DNA from: Peribolospora baueri
Taxonomy: Eukaryota
Direction of reading: 5' to 3'
DNA: 64,000 bases
Assembly (NCBI GenBank): GCA_029717555.1
Contig: JAMDHS010000092.1
Span: 1-64,000 of the forward strand
Numbering within the stretch: the stretch's first letter is position 1; every line of letters begins with the position of its first letter. Under the pieces are notes generated by a model. The model was not told the DNA's origin and did no database searches. It saw only the letters and a program-made list of their open reading frames with translations. The translations under genes were made by a program, and so were the position numbers. This document shows positions 9,381-20,972 of the stretch, piece after piece.

Positions 9381-12057
9381 ATGCTAGCGACGCCGTCACA
9401 TCGTCTTTTCTTCTCTCTTCGCATCCCTACTTTTATTGCATCGCGTTCGCATCGATACCACCCGGCCTCAGCACCTTCAGCGCGACAGTCGTGCAACTAC
9501 TTGACTTTTCTTCCCATACCTCTCCCGGCCCCTTCTTTGGTCTGTACGTCCAATCGTCTTCATCTAGAAGTACCGCTCCTACGGCAAATGAGCTCCTTTT
9601 CTGCGCTGCCGGTGGCGGTACCCTACAAAATTGATCTGGAGGAGAGGGAGGAGAAGATCTTTTCGCTCTTCGACGATGTGTGCAAGTGGATCGCGGAGAC
9701 GGAAAGGGAGAATCAACCTGTGGAGCTGCGCATCGCGGGCGGGTGGGTGAGGGATAAGGTGAGCGAGCGGGAGAGCATGCCTTGCTTTTCACCCACCCCT
9801 TCGTCTCAACGTTCACACCGTTTTCTCTCGCACCACCTCGCTCAGCTCCTCGGCCAAGACTCGGAGGACCTTGACGTCTCCGTTTCGACGCTCACCGGCG
9901 TCGCCTTTGCCTCCCACCTTCAAGCCTACCTGCGAGAAAAGGGAATGACAGGACTTCTAAGCAGCGTCCATGACATCCCAGCCAACCCGGAGCAGTCGAA
10001 GCATCTCGAGACGGCTACGTCCAAGCTCATGGGCAAGTCGGTTGATTTCGTTAACCTGCGCAAAGAAGTCTACGAGCCTGGCAGCCGCATCCCGAAGATG
10101 GTCAGCCGTTTTCCACGTTTCAGAGCGCTTCTCGCCGCTCGAAAACCGCTCATGCCTGCTTTCGCCTCCATCACGCTTGCAGACTTTCGGCACCCCGCTC
10201 GAAGACGCCGAGCGCAGGGATACGACGATCAACTCGCTCTTCTACAACGTGCACACTCGTCGTGTCGAGGACTTTACCGGAAAAGGCTTGGATGACCTCC
10301 GCGCCGGTCTCATACGCACGCCCTTACCACCCTTGCGCACTTTCCACGACGACCCGCTTCGGATTCTAAGATGCGTGCGCTTCGCTAGTCGGTTTGGGTA
10401 TCGGTTGGATGAGGAGATTGTGGAATGCTTGACGGGAGAGGGACAGGACGGGGGAAGGAAGGAAGAGGTGACGGAAAACGGCGAGCTGCTGACGACCAAT
10501 GAAATCAGGACGGCTCTCGCGACAAAGGTTTCCAGAGAGAGGGTCGGGATCGAGGTGGACAAGATGATGAAAGGTGAGTCTCAGATGGAAGGAGGGTGAA
10601 AGGTATTTCGCGGGCCACTGATCATCTCGCTCTCGCCTTTTCACTGTCACAGGTCCCCGTCCCCTTGACGCCATCCTCCTTCTCTACCGCCTAGGCCTCT
10701 ACCCGCTCGTCTTCGCTCGCCCACCCAACTGCACTGACGATGTCCTCTTCACCGTCTCTTCGTCACCCTCGCCGCAAGATGATGGCGTCGACACCGTCCC
10801 CGCGCGACCGCCGTCTGCTATCGAGGCCGTGCGCGTCGCAAGGACGGTTGATGGGCTCATGCGCCTCGCTCAGGGTCAGGCGCAGGAGGAGAAGGGCAAG
10901 GGGAAAGGTCGGGCGGGAGAGGCGACGAGTAGGAAGGCTTCTCCGGACGTCATGGATACGACCGAGGACGGCGTTTCTTCCGCCACCGTCGCTCGGGCCA
11001 CTCTCAGCTCTTCTTCTTTCCCGCCCACACTCGCCCTCCATCCCACTCTCGCCGCGCGTCTCCTGGAGCCGTCGGTGAGGAGGAAGCTCTTCCTGGCCGC
11101 AGGCATGGCCGACTTGAGGGGGTTATGGTGGGAGGAGAAGAAAGGAAGGAAGGCGAGGGTGGTGGACGCGGTCGTGAAGGACGGGTTGAAGGTGCGCGTG
11201 CGGACCGACGGACGGCGGCCCGTTTCTCTTTCTCGTGGCTGTCTGAATCAATGATGGCAGGAGCCGAACGGTCTCGTTTGTGGTGCTCACTCCCACTTTC
11301 CCCGTTCCCCTCCCGCAGCTGGGCAACAACGACAAGGTCATCGTGTCCTCTCTCCACGCCTCCGCCGAGCTTCTCCGGTCCCCTCGTCTTTCCCGGTTCG
11401 GACGCCGGCCGGAATCGTCCGTAGGCCTCCTCCTCCGCAACCAGAGCCTGTCCAACCGGACATTGGGGCTGCGCTATTTGGACGGCCTGCTGTTTTCGCT
11501 CGCGTGTGAGCTGTCGGAAGTGGCGTATAAGGGGAATGCGAATGCGGAGGAAGGGGACGGGTGGGACGAGGAGAAGGTGAAGGAGGTGGAGGGATATGCA
11601 GAGTTTGTGGACTGGGTCGAGAGGGAGGGCATGGAGGAGAGGAGCGCGGAGAAGCCGAGGTTGGATGTAAGTCTTTGGTTGTCGTGCCGTGCCGATTTGT
11701 GTGCATCCAACCGATCGCTTTTTTTATTTTTTATTTGTTTATTTTATTTATTTTTTTCATCTCCATCTCCATCTCCATCGTCGTCGTCATCGTCATCGTC
11801 ATCGCATCGTCATCGTCGAACAGGGCAACCGCATCTCGTCGGTCCTCTCCCTCCGACCTTCGCCTCTCACCGTGCGGATCACGCAGGCGGTTCTCGCGTA
11901 CCAGTTCGAGCACCCGACGGCGTCGGCGGACGAGGTGGCGGCCTGGTTGGCGAGCGAGTGGGAGCGGGGTGGTGTGGTGGAGGTGGAAGAGAGAAGGAAG
12001 GTCTTGGACGGGTCTGGGTCGGGCGGGACGAAGGGGAAGAAGAGGAAGGGGGGGTGA
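9381..12057 (+). CDS. CCA1: Class II CCA-adding tRNA nucleotidyltransferase, multi-exon; second in-frame ATG at 9588
   Basis: LRIAGGWVRDK-LLG...DLDV, NPEQSKHLETA, VDFVNLRKEVY..SRIP, EDAERRDTTINSLFYN, DDPLRILRCVRFASR, SRERVGIEVDKM. Confidence 0.93.
11716..11820. repeat. Compound low-complexity tract (T-rich, CATCTC, CATCGT) inside the last CCA1 intron
   Basis: Directly visible simple repeats between the GTAAGT donor and the CAG acceptor. Confidence 0.8.
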
Positions 12058-12465
12058 ACTCGGGTGCGTGTACTGCTTTGTCAGGTCGGTGCGGCGAGCG
12101 ACGAACGAATCGAAGGCGGTCTCTGGAGTGGACTGGAATGGAATGGACTGCTGGAGTTGAGATGACAGGCGCTGGAGAAGGGCTGCGATACGAGCGACGA
12201 CTGCTTCCAACCGACCAACCAACCAACCAAAGCTTTTCATACCCATCTCGCAGATCGAGCTGGAGCTCGAGGTGGAGCTGGGCAAAGAGGCGGCGGGTGC
12301 GGTTTCCTATCTGTGCTTCTGTCACATCTCATCTTGTCATGGTCATGGCCCATCCATCTTTTCGATCGCTGCCGTGTCTGGTCTGTCTGTCGCCTTCGCC
12401 TCGCGTCGCCTCATCTCGCCTCGGCGGATGCTTGAGGTGTGCATCTACATGAACAAGACGAGATG

Positions 12466-12890
12466 TCCATCCATCCATCCATCCATCCATCCATCGCTCC
12501 ATGCGTGCCGGGAGGGGGCTTGCACCTGCGACGCTACCTACCTATCTATCTATCTATCTATCTGTGCGCGCTGGGGACCGGGTCTGCTCTTCTTCATCGA
12601 CCGACCGACGATTGATCGATCGATCGATCGAGTTGGCCCGCGGAACGTCCCCGTGAGGTCGTCCTTGTCGTCGTCTTTGTCGTCGTGGTGGCGGAAGTGG
12701 ATCGGGCCCGGCTCGTCTGGCTTAGCTCGGCCCGACTCGATTTTGGCCGGGACGCGGGCGGATCGGGGGCGGTGCACGTGGTGCGGTGCGTGCGGTAATT
12801 TGGTTTGGTTTGGGTCAGCTTGGCGCTGGTTATAGAGGGCACGTACGTACATAAATACATACATAAATACGTACTGTAGTAGTAGTAGCG
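12466..12890. repeat. Intergenic microsatellite cluster: (TCCA)n, (CTAT)n, (GATC)n, (TTTGG)n, (TAG)n
   Basis: Directly visible short tandem runs. Confidence 0.8.
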
Positions 12891-14099
12891 TACATGAGCC
12901 GTGTATGTATGGGGGCGACCCCCGTGGGAAAGAAACGTGTTCAATGAGTAAGAAAGAGCCCCTTCTGCACGAGCAGGCTTGCTTTTCACATGGGAGCGTC
13001 TGTAGGATGAAATGAAATTGGAATGGGGCGACCATCCTTGTCGTGCTGCTTGTTAGCCCCTAGCCGCTGGCTGCTTGTCGGTTGTAGAGCGTTGCTTGTG
13101 GCGACATGTCTTGCTGCTGCCGTCGACGCCGTCTGTGGGCGGTGCCCAACCACAACCAGGCCTCCCCGATCGCCGAGGCCGACGTTGCGTTGCACGTCGG
13201 CCTAACCGTCCGTTCGCTGTCTGTCTCTGGTTCCGTCCACCCACCCGTCTCACTCGGATCGGACCTGGTCGTCTGAGCCGTGGTTTCGGGGCGAGACAAG
13301 TCGAGACGCGATCCGGTGCCACGGTTCTCCCGCCAAGTCGTTGTTTGCTCTTCTTCTAGTTCTTCTCTGCCTCTGCCTCTGCCTCTGCCTGGCGTCAGCG
13401 TCGCCGCCGTCGTCATCATCACCGCCTCTTCCTGCACCCCCGGGGCAGACCTGCATCGCCCTGGTGCGAGAACCGACGCTGGCGCGGGAACGTACTTGCA
13501 CGGGGATTTTGCCCCTCGCCGTCGCCTGCTAGGTAATAGTAGCAGTGCCTCGGGTGCGAACTTTGTGTGACGGCGACCACGACAGACACGAACGACAACG
13601 ATGGCGATGTCGATGGCGATGGCGATGGAATTGGAATGCGAGCCGGCCTTTCTTCCCATTTCATGTCCTTCCTGTTCCTCTCCCGCCATTCGTCCCGGCT
13701 CCCGATTACCGCCCGTCCTCCTCCTCCTTCCTTCCTTCCTTCCTCCTTATCCTCCTCTTCCTTCCTCCTGCTTCTCACCCCTTCCCCTCCCACCGATCCG
13801 CGGACACGACCAGGAAAGCGCAGCGCAGGAACGGGAACGGGCAGGAAAGCAAAGCGGAGACCACCATCCATCCTCCATTCTTCTCGTCCGTTGTCTCTGG
13901 CCCCGACAACGAACGACAAAAAGGCCCATTTCTGCTCCGCAACTTCCTCTTCACGCCCCGACAATCCGCGCTCGAGCCTCGCACCCCGCCTCTCTCTCGC
14001 CACTACCGCCCGTTTCAGCGTCACAGACCCCTGTCCAGGCAAACACTAACGTCGACGAGATCAGACGACTCGGGACGGCTGGAGCACGACTCAAAAGCG

Positions 14100-17000
14100 A
14101 TGCTCCATCGACCCATCTCTCCCCCCTTCCTCCCCGCTCACCGCCCTCGCCTTTCCCTCGACACCATGTCCAATCCTTCCAAGCCCGGCCCCCGCGCTAC
14201 TCCCGCTCGCTCGCCCGCCAATGCCGATGCCGACGTCCGCCCGCTGCCGCCACCCGCCTCGGTCTCCCCTCTCAGCCGTCTCTTCCAGCTCTCCTCGCCG
14301 ACCGACGAAGCTGCCGCCGTCGCCTTTTCTGCCACGTCCGAGGAGATGGAGGTCCTTCTCTCTCAATGCGCCTCCACCGTCTTCCCCTCCTCTGTCCAGC
14401 AGCACGCAGAACAGACACACGGCACGGCCGCCGGGACAGCAGACGACGGTGGCGTCACCTCTGGCTCCCTCGTTCGTTCCGACTCTCAGCGTACCTTGAG
14501 GCAAGAACGAGGCGGGCGCCGGACTCTTCACTGCCGCTCGGCGAGCGAAGGAAGGTGGACCGCTAGCCATGACGCGCATAGCTTGGTGCCCGCCCGCGCT
14601 GCTTCTACGAGTTCGCATCCGAGCGACGACGACGCCGTTCACTCCCGCTTCTCTCACTCCGACGACGCCTCCTCCATCTCCTCCACCCTTGTCAGCGCCT
14701 TTGCTTGCGCCATCACCCCGCCCCCCGCGCCTTCTATGAACAAGCTCAGGAGGGAGAACAGCACCGGATTTTTAGCTCGTATCGGTAGTCGACGGAACGA
14801 TGGCTCTTCTACGTCGGCCAACATGCCGATGCCGGAAGAGAGGAGGGGGCTCACCTTCCCTAGCACTTCCACCGCCGAAGAAGAAGGGCCGCCTCACACT
14901 CACCACCGTGGTAGGCGTCGCGCCGCGAGCAGCGCCGCAGGCCATGCGCTTGCCATCGCCCTCGGTTTGCGCTCTTCTGCTGCTTCTCCCGTGTCCAACC
15001 CTCCACTCGCCGCCGCTCCTCCCGTGTCCAACCCTTCACTCGCCGCCGCTTCTCCCGTGTCCAACCTCCCCGTCGCCCCTCCTTCCTGCCCGACGACCGA
15101 CGACACGAGCCCGGCTCGTCCACAGGGTCCACGTCTGAGAAAAGCCGGCGCGACCGGGCTGCGGAGGACTAGCAGCTCCAAGACGGTGAAGGAGACGCAG
15201 AAGGAGCAGCACCAGCAGCAACAGCAGCAGCGGTCTAGGCGCCTCGGAGGGTGGGCTTCGACATCGGCGTCCCGCATGCCGACGATGCCAATGCCTTCCC
15301 CCGACGCGCCGTCTTCCCGCACCGTCGTCCTTGTCCAGACTGTCGGCGCGAGGCCAGCTGCGACGGCGACGGCAACAGCAGGCCCCTCGTCCTCGTCCTC
15401 CGTTCCCTTCAACCCTTCGACTTCGACGACTTTAACTTCGACTTCGACTCCGACTTCCACTTCCACTTCCACTTCGGCAAAGATGGCAAAGTTCATCCCT
15501 TGGCTGCGAAGGAAAGGAAGAGCGGACGGCTCGGCGGTAAAGGCCGGGGGCATGCTAGCGGACGTCGAGGCGGACTCTATTCACTGGGAGTGGGTTGAGC
15601 CCGCTGGGTCGTCTTCTCACCACCACTCGCCATCCGTCGCCGCCGTCGCCGTCGCCGTGCCGGCGCCGGCGGTCTTCGTCAAGTCGGAAGAGAAGGCTGC
15701 GTTCAAGTCGGAAGAGAAGACTACCTTCAAGTCGGAAGAAAAGGCTACCTTCGGCGGCATCATCCGACGCGCGAGCTCCAGGACGAAGAGCGTGGGCGCC
15801 AACGCGCTCAGGGCCGCCGTCGGTTGGGGCGCCGTCGAGCCTGCCGAGCCCGCCAAGGCGGGCGACGGCGACCACTCGCGTACCAACGAGCCGGCTTCAG
15901 CTTCAGCGTCCGCCGAATCTACTCCCGTCGACGTCGACGTCGAACACTTGTTTCCAGGCCGCCGCTCCGACCTTCTCCTCAACGCCCACGCTTCCCTCGC
16001 CCCGCCGATCCAGGCCGCCCAGCGCTCCTCCACCTCGCTCGATCGCGGCCTCGGTTGGGTTGATCCGGCTTCGTCGCCCGCTCTCTCCATCCCCGGCGGC
16101 GCCGCCCGCGGGCTCAGCCCTTCGCCGAGGCCCGTCATGACGCCTACGCTCTACGCTTTACCCGACCCTTCTGAATCCCGCGGAGAGGAAGACGAAGACG
16201 GGGCTGGCAACAGGACGCCTCGAGCTGTCCCCCCGTCTGCCGACCATCTGCGAGATGAGCTGCTGCCCCCTCTACCCCCTCCCGCCCCTGGTTCGGCCTC
16301 TCTCGTCTCGCTCGAGACGCCCTCTCCCAACATCCACCCCGTCCCCATGGAGATCTCCACGGCGGACACGGAGACCGAGGCCGAGCCCGATGGGGAGGAG
16401 GAGGGGGAGGACGGAGGACGGAGGAAGGGCGGCGGGTGGACGTCCAATTCGACCTCGTCCTTTAAACCAGTCGTCGGCACGCCTTGGTTGCTCGGTCAGC
16501 CTGTGCCGTCGGCAGGACGGCGGGAGCGGCAGAACGGTGCGCCTGCGCCGCCAGCGACGCCGAACAAGGATCAGGACGACGGCCCGGACGAGCGCCGGTT
16601 TTGGTCGCCTCTCCTTAGCCCTCCCTTCAGCCCTCCGCTCAGCGGAGTCGGCACCTTTGGACCTCCCTCCACGCCGAGCTCGCCTCGGAAGAAGGAGAAG
16701 GACAGGATCGACGCGGCGCTCTCCCCGCCCACGTCCTCGCTCTCCGCTCTCAGCCGCGAACGCCCCAGGTCGTCGAAAACGCTTGGCTCGTCAGGAGACG
16801 GCCCGCCACCGACGGCCGACTCGTCTGGCACGTTTGGTACCGTCGACGCGCCCACGCCCACTTCCACGAACCGCAACAGCAACAGCAGCAACCGTGCTTC
16901 CTATCCAGCCCGTTCTGGCGCCCAGCAGCTCCAGACGCGCACCCCGCATCCACATCTCCCCCGTCCCCCTTCGGACGCCTCCGTCCACCGCCACCTCCTC

Positions 17001-18040
17001 TTCGACGCATACGTTCGTGGCGCTTCCGGCCACCGCCGCCGGTCCGCCGAGCGCCTTTCCGCGCCCATCGATGTGGAGGAGAAGGACGACGCGGAATCGT
17101 CGCTTCTGTGGAACCACTCTGTCCTCGGCGGTCAGACCGCCTCGTCCGTCACTTTTGCCTTCTCTGCCGCTGCTCCCTCCAGCGCTATCTCCGTCGTCAA
17201 GCGCCATAGCGTCGACGAGCGCGATGTCAGCGACGTAAACGTGGCCGCGGTCGCGGACGCATACTCGGACGTGGACGTGGACGACGACGGTTCCCAGTCG
17301 ACCTCTCCGGCCGAATCAGCCGAGTTCCCGATATCGCCGATGACGAACTCTTCGTCTCCCCCCTCGCCGGTGGAGAAGATCGCAATGGCGCACATCGTCC
17401 GTCCGCCGCGTGCGATGCCCTCTCGCCTCACTCGTGTTGCTTCTTGGCACGTAGGGGAGGGAGGAGACGTAGGCGTAGGCATAGGCATAGGCAGGGACAC
17501 AGGCAAAGGCAGGGGCACAGGCGGCCGCCGCGAGTCGATCGAGCTTCAAGCCGGCGCAAGCGCGTACGAGTTTGCTGCGGGAAGGCACGATCCCATCGTC
17601 GTGGGACGGAGCGCGCCGAGGGTGTTGTCTAGGGAGGAGATGGAGAGGGAGAGGAGTGCTGGGCGGTGGACGGGTTTGGCAGCCGCCGCTGGCCACAGTT
17701 GTTCCCCTTTGTCCTCCGCCTCTGCTTCGGCGGCGGCGCCGTCGGCCGTCGTTTCAAGGGTCGACGACGGCCCTAAGTTCCCCTGCCTCGTGGACGCGCC
17801 GGGGGTCGTGGGCACGTCCGAGGCACCTCCGTCGGCTTGGTCAAAGAGTCGGGAGCGGGCGCTCAAGCGCACACAACCGTCCATGGAGACCGTGGACGAC
17901 GGGCGAAGCAGAGATACGTTCGGCGCCCGGAGGAAGGAGAGGTCCGGAGGGAGTAGTGGTAGGAGGGTGGAGGAGAGGGCGAGACGGAGCAATCGGAAAC
18001 CCGGTGGCGGCGCCGACGCCAGCGACACCGGTCTCCTGCT

Positions 18041-18071
<31 letters not shown>

Positions 18072-19499
18072 CCTCGACGAGTGGCCGGCGCTTCGGAGCA
18101 CGGCAGAGCCAACGTTCGGGCCTCCTTGCTCGTTCATAACGGTATGCCCAAGCGAGGCGTTGGCGATGAGGAGTCGTCGGTGGGCGAGGAGGAAGGAGAG
18201 CAAGAGGCCACCACCACCACCCGCGCCCCCCGTCCCGGCGTCGTGAATTGGGTCGAGACGCAAAGGACCGGCCAACAGGCGCCCTCCGTGGATGATAAGG
18301 TCGCCTTGACGGCACCGGTATCCAACGCCGTAGAGACGAGTGCGGAGGCAGACGGTCACGGTCGTCATCGCAGGGATCGCCGTGCTAAACGAGAAAGAGG
18401 CGACGGCGGCGATCAGGATCGGAAGTCGCCCTCGCCCTCGCCCTCGTCGTCCGTCAAAAATGGCTCTTTGTCGAATCGCAGGCGGAGGGAGGAGGAGAAG
18501 AGGATGAAGAACGAGAGGAAGCTTGCGGAAAGGAAGAGGAAGGACCCTCTTCTCCATGAGAGGCTCGGTTTGGTGGGTTTGAAGATGTCCATGCCGACTG
18601 AGAAGAGAAGAGACGGAACGCAGGCGGTGGTGCGCTCAGAGAGGAAGCTCGACGAGGACGAAGGTGAGCGATGAAAGACTGGCGCCCTCCCAACTCTCAA
18701 AGAAGATCGCGAAGATTCTGACCGGGTTCTCTTATTCGTTTGTTGTTCTGCAGGGGCAATCAGTCGACCTGACTATGTCACCGACACGAACAGGCCCGCC
18801 GCCTCGGGTACTCTCCACATGGGTCGGCGCGGGGACCATCACGACCTGGTGATGTTGTCCGACTCCAACAAGCCTCCTCCTTCGTCGCTTTTCGTCGTCT
18901 CGCCTTCCAGTCCTCATCGGATCGCGCGAAACGCCTCGGTTAGCCCCTCTCCGTCTGGCGTGTCTGCCGCGTATATCACCGCGGACGAAGGTCGCCTTCC
19001 GTCTGGCTCCCATTCTGACGAGTCATCCAGTTCCCACTCAGAGAACGATGGACGCAATGGCGACAGCGACAACGCCGAGCGCCTTCAGTCGCCTCCGGCA
19101 GGCGCGAAAACGCTCCAGCACTCGGTTCGCATGCTCGACTCGATGGCCGCCGGCGGCGGCGCGATCAGCTCACATCGAGGCGTGTCGGTGCCTCAGACGT
19201 TGTCGGAGGATGAAGTGACGACGACATTCACCACCCCGCCCAACACCGCCGAGTCTCCGCTCGTCGCCGCCCATCACCTCCTGTTTCCCAAGCCCCCCTC
19301 GAGGGCTTCGCCGGTCTTGGACGGCGAGGGAGAGGAGGTGGTAGAGACTTTGAGGACGGGCGCTGGCGCCGACGCTCGGGTCGTTCGCAAAATCAGGTCC
19401 GCCCCCGGTGGTCCGCTCAAGCCGGAGTCAGCTGTCGATGCGTCGCCGCCTCGTCCGCCGGCCCTTGAGAGGCAGTTGACGGCCAGCGACGGCGCCTGA
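14100..19499 (+). CDS. Very large (~1750 aa) Ser/Pro/Ala/Arg-rich disordered protein, 2 exons (intron 18664-18753)
   Basis: More than 4.5 kb open frame. The GTGAGC...CTGCAG intron joins it in frame to ORF 18819-19499. No recognisable domain; start is ATG 14100 or 14166. Confidence 0.75.
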
Positions 19500-20135
19500 C
19501 GACATGTCATCCCTGACAACGTGGTGTCGTATCATCACATCCCCTCATTTACCCTTTCTTTTAACAGCATCTATGCATCCCATCCATACGACATGCCATC
19601 TGTATTCTGTCTTTTTGCCTACGCTCTCATCCCATCCGTTCGCCGCTGTTGAGCCTTTTCGTTCCTTGCAGTCAAGAGCAATCCCACGGCTCTCCCGTCG
19701 CTCTTTTCGTCTGTACGCTACGCTCCTTGTGTGTACTCGTGTATTCCCTTCGCAATATAGCCCCCCAGGTGTATCGTATGACAGACGGCAGATGGGTGGT
19801 CGGTCATCTTCGCGTCACTCTCGATTTGCCGGAGAAGAAGAAGAAGAAAAAAAAAGGCTTACCCCGATCACGGCGGCATAACGGGCAAGCCCGAGGGACG
19901 TTTTCTCCAAGCGGCCGATCCTCTGGCCGTCGCTTCTGACGGCCGGCTTGTCTCGGCACGGCCACTCCCGAGGGTTCGTCTGTTTATTATGCCAGGAGCG
20001 GCGCTCTTTCTCAAAAGCAATTCCAGAAGAAAATAAATGATGGCTTGCTTGCGCTGCTAATGTCGACATGGTGCGTGCGGGTGAGGACGAGCACGTCATC
20101 CTAACAGAGGATGGGAGGAGAAGATCAAGATGAGA

Positions 20136-20294
20136 TATCAGATAACGCGATGAGGCGTGTGCAACGGCGCGTTGGGGCCGTCCCTCTCCCTCTCGCCTTG
20201 ACCTTTGCTGCATCGCGCCCACCCATCCTGGGCGCTCCAGAGAGGCGATGACGGAGATCGTCGTTGATCCGGCCTTTTGCACCGTATCAGATAG
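20136..20294. promoter_or_regulatory. Two iron-responsive GATA-factor-type boxes upstream of the NRPS
   Basis: ATCAGATAA at 20137-20145 and ATCAGATAG at 20286-20294. Both contain the TATC-A-GATA palindrome and match the SreA-type ATCWGATAA consensus. Confidence 0.7.
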
Positions 20295-20972
20295 GAGGCA
20301 GCATCCGACTTGATCCGATCGGTCGATCGACCCGCGCGCGCTATGCATTCGTATAGCGCCGGGAGATGCGGGGCGGAGGAGGGACCTGATGTTGATGGAC
20401 CCGACCCATCAAGGCAAGTAAGGTCTGGGGTACCTTGCCTCCAGCTTTTCTGTCTGAACAGCGGGGTAGGACTTGGCGGCGGTGACCAGACCAGGGCGGT
20501 CGTCGCTCGATGATGTTGGGATGGGAAGCCCCATCGCCCGTGAAATGGAACGAACGCTCGCTCGCTGATCAAGCTCCGTGTCCGCGCCGCCAGTCCGTCC
20601 ACATCCGCCGTCCCTCCATCCTGCTCGTCGCATCCACTCTCCCATCCTCGCACCTACGACGCCTCCGCCCACGCGTACCCACGCTCGGTCACCGTGACCC
20701 GCTCTCGGCGGCGGAAGATCGCATAGTTTGGTCAAGCGCCTGTTCCTGTTCCGTCTTTGTCGCCGACCTACCTCCCTTTCCGAGGTCGTTCGACCCGACG
20801 ACCCAGCTACAGGACCCAGTACCGCCGTCTGCAGTCGACGACGGAGGAGGCAGATGCGGATACGGATACCGGACGAGGACGCACCGCTATAAAACCTACC
20901 CTGTGTCTTCCTCCCCCCGTTTCGCTCTCCGCCCGTCGACCTTTGCCGTACCGCTTCTCCACATTAGACACC

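Noticed and set aside
9588..10600. Split CC-adding or A-adding enzyme instead of a full CCA enzyme
   Set aside because: The flexible loop (RKEVY...SRIP) and the DDPLR templating motif appear intact.
13545..14099. GTG-initiated N-terminal extension of the 1709-aa ORF
   Set aside because: Eukaryotic context and a pyrimidine-rich, 5' UTR-like sequence; the first ATG is at 14100.
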